This document shows positions 52,968 to 61,021 of a stretch of DNA of 64,000 nt, in pieces. The stretch comes from an uncultured delta proteobacterium (GTDB lineage Bacteria > Desulfobacterota > Desulfomonilia > UBA1062). A program made the translations under genes and the position numbers. Below the pieces are notes generated by a model. It was given only the letters and a program-made list of their open reading frames with translations. It had not been told where the DNA came from and ran no database searches. The number at the start of each line of letters is the position of its first letter. Position 1 is the stretch's first letter. The stretch lies in NCBI GenBank assembly GCA_963798485.1, contig CAWCTR010000010.1, positions 10,061 to 74,060 on the forward strand, in the 5' to 3' direction.

Positions 52968-54608
52968 TCAACCCCCGTATTTCCGGGCGTACTGTTCCAC
53001 CATCCTATACTTCTGCACCTTGCCGCTCGCGGTCATGGGCACTGATTCCACGAATTCCCAATATCTTGGTATCTTATGACGGGCTATCTTTCCCTGACAG
53101 AAGGAGATAAATTCATTGTCCGTGGCCTTCTCTCCCGGTTTTAACATAATGGCGGCAAGGACCTGCTCACCATATTTTTTATCAGGGATGCCGACTACAT
53201 AGACATCCATCACCTTTGTGTTTTTACGGAGATACTCCTCGATCTCTCTGGGATATATGTTTTCACCGCCACGGATGATCATCTCCTTGATCCTGCCGGT
53301 GACCTTAAAATAACCATGTTCATCAAGGGTGCCCAGGTCGCCGGTATGGAGCCATCCATCTTTGTCAATTGCATAGGCAGTTTCATCTTGCATCTTATAA
53401 TAACCCTTCATTACGCATGAGCTCCTGGTGACGATTTCACCTTGAACATTGGGGGGAAGATCCTCTCCTGTCGCCGGGTCTATGATTTTGCCCTCTATGT
53501 CAGGCAGCAGCCTCCCAACGGTTGCAACCCTCAAGTCGATAGGATCACCCCTCCTTGTCATGGTCATCACCGGAGAGGATTCGGTCTGACCGAAAGCGAT
53601 CACGACTTCAGGACAATGCATTATCTCTATTACCTGATTCATCGTCTCAATCGGGCAGGGTGCCCCGGCCATGATGCCTGTCCTGAGGGACTTCATTGAA
53701 TACTTGCTGAAATCCGCATGACCAAGGATAGTGATGAACATGGTGGGGACCCCGTTAATCGCAGTGCACTTCTCCTGCTCGATGTATCTCAATGCCTTTG
53801 CAGGATCAAAATACTCCACAAGCACCATGGTTGAACCGTGCACCATACAGTTAAGCGAGCTCATGACGCAGCCGAAGCAGTGGAAGAGGGGGACCTGTAT
53901 AAGCAACCGGTCTTTCTCGGTCATACCCATGACATCGCCGACCATCCGTGCATTATTGATGATATTGTAGTGGGTGAGCATGACACCTTTGGGGAAGCCG
54001 GTGGTACCGGATGTATACTGCATGTTCACAACATCATTGAAGTGAACCATGTTCTCGCGCCTTGCAAGCTCATCATCAGATATATCCTTGCCCATGGCAA
54101 ATATCCGATCAAATGAAAACATCCCGGGGATCTCTTTCCTATTACCGATGTAAATCACATTCTTGAGATAGGGCAATTTCGGTACGCCCAGTTTCCCCGC
54201 CTTGGCAGTATCCAACTCAGGGATAACCTCATGGGCGGTTCTGTAAAAGTTGGTGTCCCTGTATTCCTCCATAAGCACCAAGGTTGTGGAATCGGATTGG
54301 TTGAGGATATATTCGAGTTCATTGGATTTATAATTGGTGTTCACGGTCACAAGTACGGCACCTATCATCCCGAGCCCGAACTGCATGTATACCCATTCAG
54401 GTATATTTGTCGTCCACACTGAGACGTGATCACCCTTCTGTATACCCAGCGCCATGAACCCCTTTGCGACCCCTATAGTTTTTTCGAGCAATTCCTGATA
54501 GCTCAGCCTGAGGTTGATATCCGGATATACGAGGGCGTCGTTGTTCGGAAATTTCGATGCGGTCTCTCTGATGAGTTTACCCATGGTGATCTCTCGGAAG
54601 GCTGTCAT
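52968..54608 (-). CDS. AMP-forming acyl-CoA ligase (FadD-like)
   Basis: MQYTSGTTGFPKGVMLTH, GWLHTGDLG, IIRGGENIYPREIE. AGGAGA RBS lies 9 nt before ATG 54608. An alternative ATG is at 54617. Confidence 0.9.
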   Translation of the reverse strand: MTAFREITMGKLIRETASKFPNNDALVYPDINLRLSYQELLEKTIGVAKGFMALGIQKGDHVSVWTTNIPEWVYMQFGLGMIGAVLVTVNTNYKSNELEYILNQSDSTTLVLMEEYRDTNFYRTAHEVIPELDTAKAGKLGVPKLPYLKNVIYIGNRKEIPGMFSFDRIFAMGKDISDDELARRENMVHFNDVVNMQYTSGTTGFPKGVMLTHYNIINNARMVGDVMGMTEKDRLLIQVPLFHCFGCVMSSLNCMVHGSTMVLVEYFDPAKALRYIEQEKCTAINGVPTMFITILGHADFSKYSMKSLRTGIMAGAPCPIETMNQVIEIMHCPEVVIAFGQTESSPVMTMTRRGDPIDLRVATVGRLLPDIEGKIIDPATGEDLPPNVQGEIVTRSSCVMKGYYKMQDETAYAIDKDGWLHTGDLGTLDEHGYFKVTGRIKEMIIRGGENIYPREIEEYLRKNTKVMDVYVVGIPDKKYGEQVLAAIMLKPGEKATDNEFISFCQGKIARHKIPRYWEFVESVPMTASGKVQKYRMVEQYARKYGG

Positions 54609-54755
54609 GGCTGTCATTCTCCTTTGGTAGATGGTCTCATTTTTTACTATGTACACCTAGGTAATACGAATAATTACAAAGAGATAAAATTGACTTAATT
54701 ATCAAACTAACACGAGTATAAATAATCCTGATCCGTATGTCAATAAGAATTTGTC

Positions 54756-55523
54756 TTAGAACATGATAGCGGTGAGAACGTAATCTGCAATCAGGATGCT
54801 TACCGAAGAGAGTACTACTGATTGTGTAGCAGCCTGCCCGACGCCTTCCGCGCCCCCGCTTGTGCTGTATCCCTTGTAGCATCCGACTATTGCCAAGATT
54901 GCCCCGAAGAAGGCGCCCTTGATCAATCCGGAAAACAGATCCGTGTACCCGACATACTCGATAATGCGGGACATGAATACCCCTTTATCGATACCAAGTA
55001 TTGCTGTTCCAACAAGGTAGGATCCGATCATCCCGATACTATCGAAGATAAGGGTGAGCATGGGCATCGTAATGATAGTAGCGACAATCCTCGGAATGAT
55101 AAGGTATTGAAAAGGGTTAACACCCATAACAACCAGCGCATCGATCTGTTGTGTCACACGCATGATCCCGATCTCGGCAGTCATTGCGGAGCCGGCTCGG
55201 GCTGTCACCATTAAAGCTGCAAGAACCGGTCCGAGTTCTCTTAGTAGGCCCAGGGCAGTTGTAGATCCGACAAGAGACTCTGCCCCGAAGAGGCTGAACC
55301 CATGATAAGTCTGCAACGCGCTCACCATGCCGGAGAATATGCCTGTGAGCATTACAACGGGTGTTGAACGAATGCCGATAAACTCCATTTGTTTAAAGAG
55401 CTGCTTAATAAACACTGGGGGTTTTACAATATGGGTTATTACCTGGAAGAAGAAGATGAAAAAGGCGCCCAACTCCTCCACAAAGGAGATTGTTATCTTG
55501 CCGATGTACTCTAAGATATTCAT
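54756..55523 (-). CDS. mlaE: MlaE-type ABC transporter permease (no cognate ATPase or MCE gene nearby)
   Basis: LRELGPVLAALMVTARAGSAMTAEIGIMRVTQQIDAL. 4-nt overlap with glpK. Confidence 0.85.
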   Translation of the reverse strand: MNILEYIGKITISFVEELGAFFIFFFQVITHIVKPPVFIKQLFKQMEFIGIRSTPVVMLTGIFSGMVSALQTYHGFSLFGAESLVGSTTALGLLRELGPVLAALMVTARAGSAMTAEIGIMRVTQQIDALVVMGVNPFQYLIIPRIVATIITMPMLTLIFDSIGMIGSYLVGTAILGIDKGVFMSRIIEYVGYTDLFSGLIKGAFFGAILAIVGCYKGYSTSGGAEGVGQAATQSVVLSSVSILIADYVLTAIMF

Positions 55524-57016
55524 GTATTCCTGTGGTTGGATATCACCCTAGCCACAATCTCCTTCCAGCCCGAATACATTTTTTCCCTGGTGTCTCCATC
55601 GATCTTTGGTAAAAAGATATGATCAGAACCTCTTAAAGACCTGATTTCATCTCCCGGGTTCCAGAAGCCCGTTGCTATGCCTGCAAGATAGGCCGCCCCC
55701 ATACCGGTTGACTCTATATGATTGGATCTGTCTACCGGACAACCCAGGATATCGGACTGGAACTGCATCAAAAAATCGTTTCTGCATGCACCCCCGTCGA
55801 CTTTCATGTCTGAGAATGATGTACTCGTGCACTGTTCGAACGCGCTGATGAGATCCTTTACCTGATAGGCTATGCCCTCAAGGGCTGCACGTACAATATG
55901 CGCCTTTGTGGTGCTTCGGGTAATCCCCATGATGGCGCCCCGTGCATACATATCCCAGTAGGGTGCACCTAATCCTGCAAAGGCAGGAACCATGTATACC
56001 CCGTGAGAATCGCTCACGCTCTCGGCAATCTCCTGGCATTGTGCAGCATCGGCAATCAGTCCAAGCCCGTCGCGCAACCACTGTATCGCAGCCCCTGCAA
56101 TGAACACAGATCCTTCGAGTGCATAACAGGGTTTTCCTGTATCATCGCACGCCAGTGTGAGGATAAGACCGTTTTTCGGCTCAATCTTTTGAGTTCCGAC
56201 ATTCAGCAGGAGAAAACAGCCTGTTCCGTAGGTGTTCTTTGCCTGTCCCGCATTAAAGCACCCCTGGCCGAACAGTGCCGCCTGCTGATCGCCTGCAATG
56301 CCCGCAATGGGTATGGCAACCCCCGTGACATCAGGATCGGACTTGCCGATGATTTCTGCAGATGACACAACGCGGGGAAGCATGGCGCGGGGAATATCGA
56401 GAATTTCTAAGAGTTGATCATCCCAGGATCTTTCATGGATATTAAACATCAAGGTCCTGGATGCATTGGTGTAGTCCGTTACATGGAGCCTACCCTTGGT
56501 GAGCTTGGCTATAAGCCAGGTATCAATAGTACCAAAGGCGATCTCCCCGGACTTCGCACGGGACCTTAAGCCCGGGATCGTATCAAGAAGCCATTTGACC
56601 TTGGTGCCTGAAAAATATGCATCGAGAACGAGGCCTGTCTTTTCTTGGAAAAGGCCTTCATTCCCTTCATGTTTTAATGCATCACAGATCTGTGCTGATC
56701 TCCTGCATTGCCAGACAATGGCGTTATGCACGGGCTTTAATGTGTCTCTGTCCCATAAAACGGTTGTCTCCCTCTGGTTTGTGATCCCAATGGATATAAT
56801 CTCTTTGGGCTGGACATAGGCAGCATCAAGGGCCTTTCTCATGACACCCAAGGTTGTCTCCCAAATCACCTCAGGGTCATGCTCAACCCAACCTGGCCGG
56901 GGAAAGATCTGGGGAAATTCAGAGTAAGCCAATCCCACCACCTGACCCTTGTGGTTAAGGATCATAACCCTGCTTCCTGTTGTCCCCTGATCAATTGCCA
57001 GTACATAGCCGTTCAT
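55520..57016 (-). CDS. glpK: Glycerol kinase
   Basis: YVLAIDQGTTGSR, NQRETTVLWD, TYGTGCFLL, VDGGACRNDFLMQFQSDILG. Confidence 0.95.
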   Translation of the reverse strand: MNGYVLAIDQGTTGSRVMILNHKGQVVGLAYSEFPQIFPRPGWVEHDPEVIWETTLGVMRKALDAAYVQPKEIISIGITNQRETTVLWDRDTLKPVHNAIVWQCRRSAQICDALKHEGNEGLFQEKTGLVLDAYFSGTKVKWLLDTIPGLRSRAKSGEIAFGTIDTWLIAKLTKGRLHVTDYTNASRTLMFNIHERSWDDQLLEILDIPRAMLPRVVSSAEIIGKSDPDVTGVAIPIAGIAGDQQAALFGQGCFNAGQAKNTYGTGCFLLLNVGTQKIEPKNGLILTLACDDTGKPCYALEGSVFIAGAAIQWLRDGLGLIADAAQCQEIAESVSDSHGVYMVPAFAGLGAPYWDMYARGAIMGITRSTTKAHIVRAALEGIAYQVKDLISAFEQCTSTSFSDMKVDGGACRNDFLMQFQSDILGCPVDRSNHIESTGMGAAYLAGIATGFWNPGDEIRSLRGSDHIFLPKIDGDTREKMYSGWKEIVARVISNHRNT

Positions 57017-57036
57017 GAATCGAGCCCCCTTCTAAC

Positions 57037-57609
57037 TCATTCGCCTTGCAATTGTACTCCGAATTTTTTCAAGTCTTTGTAGAGATGAGAAAGCGGCAAG
57101 CCAATGACATTGGTGTAGCACCCATGGATTTTTTCTATGAACAATGATCCAATGCCTTGTACTGCATACGCCCCTGCCTTGTCCATGGGTTCACCGGTTG
57201 AGACATACCAGGAGATCTCTTTTACAGTCATGGCCCTGAAACGGACCTTTGTTTTTACCACCTTTGATAGAGAACGATTCCCTGATGCTATAGTATACCC
57301 AGTGAGAACATCATGCATTTTATCTTGAAGGAGCATGAGAAAATCATAAGCTTCACTTGGGCCCCGAGGTTTGCCAAGGATCGTTCCATCAATCACGACA
57401 ATTGTGTCTGCCCCGATGACCAGTGCATCAGGATATTTCTGCGACACTAGAATCGCCTTTTCCTTGCTGACCCGCAAGCAAAATGATCGCGGTGTTTCAT
57501 CCGGTAGCTGAACTTCAGGTATGTTGGGGGCTACTACTTGGAAGGGTATTCCAAGCAGCGAGAGCAGTTCTTTTCGCCTCGGAGAGCCCGATGAGAGTAA
57601 CATCTGCAT
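57037..57609 (-). CDS. maf: Maf-family nucleoside triphosphate pyrophosphatase
   Basis: LLSSGSPRRKELL, IGADTIVVIDG, DKAGAYAVQG. Confidence 0.9.
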   Translation of the reverse strand: MQMLLSSGSPRRKELLSLLGIPFQVVAPNIPEVQLPDETPRSFCLRVSKEKAILVSQKYPDALVIGADTIVVIDGTILGKPRGPSEAYDFLMLLQDKMHDVLTGYTIASGNRSLSKVVKTKVRFRAMTVKEISWYVSTGEPMDKAGAYAVQGIGSLFIEKIHGCYTNVIGLPLSHLYKDLKKFGVQLQGE

Positions 57610-57682
57610 AGCCCCACAGACTAAGAGAAATTATTGCGTCTGTCAACTTATCTGGGGTGAGGGGCATCGAAGGTGAGGTGTG

Positions 57683-58051
57683 TTAGGTGCGTTCATTCAT
57701 GTAACGGGGCGAAGTGGAATTTTTCTGTTTATAGCCCTTGAGTGAGACTTGGCTTTTTCTTAAAGTGCCGATCTCTTGTGCGAGCTCTTCAGTCTGGGTC
57801 TTTAGGGACTCGATGAGCTTTTCCTGCTCCTTGTGAAGCCCCCCGATCATGATAGAGATATTCTTGTCTTTTACAAGGGAGTTTGATGCTGCAAACACAT
57901 GGCTGAGCCGTTGCTGAATTGTTAAGGTCATTTGAAAAAGCCTTTCCAACTCATGGATGTTTCCCTGGGATAGGGCTTCACTTCCTTTGTTCAGGATAAC
58001 CCGCCACGACTTGAGGAGTTTCAGTGCTGTTTCAGGATTATGGTCTGCCAT
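57683..58051 (-). CDS. Coiled-coil hypothetical protein downstream of fliS (FliT/FlgN-like position)
   Basis: 122 aa, helical and Gln/Leu/Lys-rich. Overlaps the fliS 3' end by 31 nt. I recognise no diagnostic motif. Confidence 0.5.
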   Translation of the reverse strand: MADHNPETALKLLKSWRVILNKGSEALSQGNIHELERLFQMTLTIQQRLSHVFAASNSLVKDKNISIMIGGLHKEQEKLIESLKTQTEELAQEIGTLRKSQVSLKGYKQKNSTSPRYMNERT

Positions 58052-58401
58052 GATTCCCTGAGCTCCTGTAGATAACCGATTACCTCATTGAGAGGGTCGA
58101 TAGTATTATGGTACTGGGCGTCTATGAGCCGTCTGATCATGTAGTTGTAAAGTGAATCGAGATTATATGCGATTTCACCTGCCTCAAAGTTCAGGCCGTT
58201 AATCAACTCCCACAAGACGTTTTGACTCTTGGTGAGCAATTCGCTCATGGCATCAACATTCTCCTCCTTGTGAGCCTTAATAGCCTGTCTAATGAAGTTT
58301 ATGGCGCCGTCATAGCACAAGAGGATAAGATTTCCCTGGTCAGATGTCTGGATCTGGGTCTTCTTGTATGCTTGGTAACCGATTGTATTTATATTCATCA
58401 A
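58021..58401 (-). CDS. fliS: Flagellar export chaperone FliS
   Basis: YKKTQIQTSDQGNLILLCYDGAINFIRQAIKA...GEIAYNLDSLYNYMIRRLIDA...LRESW is a typical FliS pattern. Confidence 0.85.
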   Translation of the reverse strand: MMNINTIGYQAYKKTQIQTSDQGNLILLCYDGAINFIRQAIKAHKEENVDAMSELLTKSQNVLWELINGLNFEAGEIAYNLDSLYNYMIRRLIDAQYHNTIDPLNEVIGYLQELRESWQTIILKQH

Positions 58402-58484
58402 AGAGCCCCCCCCAACTCCTTTTCTACTAATACTATCGGTGTCGTCAGATATTTCTTTAGAGTATTCTTAAAGATCTTCATGGA

Positions 58485-59663
58485 TTACTTCAGTGAAGAA
58501 AGGGCTTCCTTGATTCTTGCAAGACCCTTGGTAATGTTTTCTTCCGAGGTGGCAAATGATAATCTTACATGGTTCGGCGCGCCGAACTCTCCACCAGGGA
58601 CAAGAGCCACCAAGGCCTTCTCGATAAGGTATTCCGAGAAGGCGGTTGCATTGCCGAACCGTTCCATGTAACCGTTAATAGAGGGAAATGCATAGAAGGT
58701 CCCGTCCGGGGGTATGATATCGATCCCCGGGATCTCTCTGAGCTTGGCAACGATAAGATCCCGTCGTTTTTCAAAGATCTTTCTTCTCTCCTCCACAACC
58801 AACTGGGTTTGATCACTTGTGAGAGAGGTAATGGCGCCATCCTGGGCGAAGCTGGTAGGGTTGGATGTGCTCTGACTTTGTAGCCTCTCCATGGCCTTGA
58901 TAACCTTGCTGTCTCCTATGCAGTAACCGATACGCCACCCGGTCATGGCATAGGTTTTTGAAGACCCATCTACGATGAAGGTTCTTTGGGCGACCTCGGG
59001 GGAGATCATGGCGGTACTGGAAAACTTAAGCCCATCAAAGATGATCTTGCGGTAGATATCGTCTGATATGATCACAATATCATGCTTCACACATAACTCG
59101 GCAATCCTCTCAAGCTCCAACTTATCGATGATACCTCCTGTGGGATTAGAGGGAGAATTGATTATGATGCCTTTTGTGCGCGTGGTGATTGCCTCGGCTA
59201 CCATTTCTGCATGGAGCTTCATGCCGGTAGGCCTGGTGTCGATGGTTATTGGGGTGGCGCCTGTCATCTCCACCATGGGCGGGTATGATACCCAGTATGG
59301 ACCAGGGCAGATTACCTCATCCCCTTTTTCGAACAGGGTGAGGAATAGGTTATAGAGGCTGTGTTTGGCCCCACAAGAGACAATCACATTTTCAGGGGAA
59401 ACGCTCAAGGCGTAATCCTTTTTGATATTCGCACAGACAGCCTCCTTGAGCTTGGGGGTGCCGCCGACCGGTGTGTATTTCGTGCTTCCCCTTTTGAGTG
59501 CTTCAATGGCAGAGGTTTTGATATTCTCAGGGGTATCGAAATCGGGTTCTCCTGCAGTGAATCCGATAACATCCTTTCCCTTTGCCTTGAGCTCATTGAC
59601 CTTGGCGGTCAAGGCGAGGGTCGGTGAACCTGGGATCTTGGAAACGAGTTTAGATATCTTCAT
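58485..59663 (-). CDS. Aspartate/aromatic aminotransferase (class I PLP enzyme)
   Basis: GEPDFDTPENIK, YTPVGGTP, NSPSNPTG, SSKTYAMTGWRIGY. Confidence 0.9.
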   Translation of the reverse strand: MKISKLVSKIPGSPTLALTAKVNELKAKGKDVIGFTAGEPDFDTPENIKTSAIEALKRGSTKYTPVGGTPKLKEAVCANIKKDYALSVSPENVIVSCGAKHSLYNLFLTLFEKGDEVICPGPYWVSYPPMVEMTGATPITIDTRPTGMKLHAEMVAEAITTRTKGIIINSPSNPTGGIIDKLELERIAELCVKHDIVIISDDIYRKIIFDGLKFSSTAMISPEVAQRTFIVDGSSKTYAMTGWRIGYCIGDSKVIKAMERLQSQSTSNPTSFAQDGAITSLTSDQTQLVVEERRKIFEKRRDLIVAKLREIPGIDIIPPDGTFYAFPSINGYMERFGNATAFSEYLIEKALVALVPGGEFGAPNHVRLSFATSEENITKGLARIKEALSSLK

Positions 59664-59675
59664 AGCAAATCCTCC

Positions 59676-60185
59676 CTAGTCGTGGTGCTTGGTATTCATA
59701 TGGGGGAACTTCTCAAGGAGTTTATCCAATGCAGGCTGCGGTATCAGGCCTTCGACCCATCCGCCTGCTGCGGCTGTTGCCTTGACGATGGTTGAACTGA
59801 CAAAGAGATGGTTGTAATCCGTCATAAGGAAAAACGTCTCTGCCTCATCACAGAGCCTCCTGTTCATGAGGGCAAGTTGCATCTCCAGCTCAAAGTCGGA
59901 GATGACCCTGAGGCCCCGCAGGATGGCGCAGGCGCCGACCTTCTTGATGTAGTCAACGAGCAGACCCTCGAATGAATCAACTTCTATCCTTGGGTTCCCC
60001 TCTACGGATTTCTTGATCATGTCGATCTTTTCCTCCGTGGTGAACAGATCCTGCTTCAGGGGGTTATGACCCACTGCAATTATCACCTTGTCGAAGACAC
60101 AAAGGCCTCGGCGGACGATATCAAGGTGTCCATTGGTGATGGGGTCAAAGGAGCCGGGGCAGACGGCGATCTTTTCCCTTTTCAT
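59676..60185 (-). CDS. coaD: Phosphopantetheine adenylyltransferase
   Basis: IAVCPGSFDPITNGHLDIV ... RGLRVISDFELE. Confidence 0.95.
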   Translation of the reverse strand: MKREKIAVCPGSFDPITNGHLDIVRRGLCVFDKVIIAVGHNPLKQDLFTTEEKIDMIKKSVEGNPRIEVDSFEGLLVDYIKKVGACAILRGLRVISDFELEMQLALMNRRLCDEAETFFLMTDYNHLFVSSTIVKATAAAGGWVEGLIPQPALDKLLEKFPHMNTKHHD

Positions 60186-60712
60186 TCCTCACTCCTCACA
60201 AAATATGAAACGGCGGTGTCCCCATACCTTTTCGTTTTCCATGCAGACAATGGGATCTCCTCTTTCGTTGAGTGTTCCACCACCAATATCCCTCCAGGGT
60301 TCAGGAGGTTATATACATGAGGCGCCAATTGCGAGGCAAGACCTTTATGGTAGGGAGGGTCCATGAATATGAGGTCAAAGGAGGTGCTGCATGTATTGAT
60401 ATAGGTGCGGGCATCGATCTTGATGATGATCGCAAGCTGATTCGCATCTATGACATGGATATTCCGCTCAATGACAGTGATGCACTCCCTGGCATTCTCG
60501 ACAAAGGTGACCCGGGCCGCACCCCTGCTTATGGCCTCAATCCCCAGGCCGCCGCTGCCTGCAAAGAGGTCTAAGACTACGGAATCTTGAAGATGATGGA
60601 TCAGTGTAGAGAAGATCGCTTCCTTCACGCGATCGGTTGTCGGCCGCACCTTTGAAGCAGGGCATTCAAGACGAATAGAACGGTATCTTCCGCCGCATAT
60701 CCTGGTAGACAT
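60182..60712 (-). CDS. rsmD: 16S rRNA (guanine966-N2)-methyltransferase RsmD
   Basis: RPTTDRVKEAIFS, LDLFAGSGGLGIEAISRGA, FMDPPY. Internal ATG 60712 is preferred over the track start 60808. Confidence 0.85.
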   Translation of the reverse strand: MSTRICGGRYRSIRLECPASKVRPTTDRVKEAIFSTLIHHLQDSVVLDLFAGSGGLGIEAISRGAARVTFVENARECITVIERNIHVIDANQLAIIIKIDARTYINTCSTSFDLIFMDPPYHKGLASQLAPHVYNLLNPGGILVVEHSTKEEIPLSAWKTKRYGDTAVSYFVRSEE

Positions 60713-61021
60713 GGACGGTAGGATAAGGGAGAACGCCCGGGAGGTCAATACGACTGTCGAACGAATATGAGAGAGCATGGAGGGGTGGTATGTTGAAATA
60801 ACATACAAAGATGAGACCAGAAATGGAATTCAATTTCCGCTGAAGAAGAAAATGTTTATACCAAGGTGCCTCTTGCAAAGCATTTCAATTTTCTAATTTA
60901 TTGAAATCATGCGCAACAGATATTTGCATAAGTTTTGCATGCAATAATATCTTAATAATTAATTCTTTGTTATGATTTTCCTCCTTTATAACTCTACATA
61001 GTTTAGAGGAGGTTTCTTGTG

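Noticed and set aside
60865-60876. A sigma54-like GG...TTGC element (GGTGCCTCTTGC) upstream of the giant gene.
   Set aside because: The GG-to-GC spacing is 10 nt, not the 12 nt of the TGGCAC-N5-TTGC consensus.
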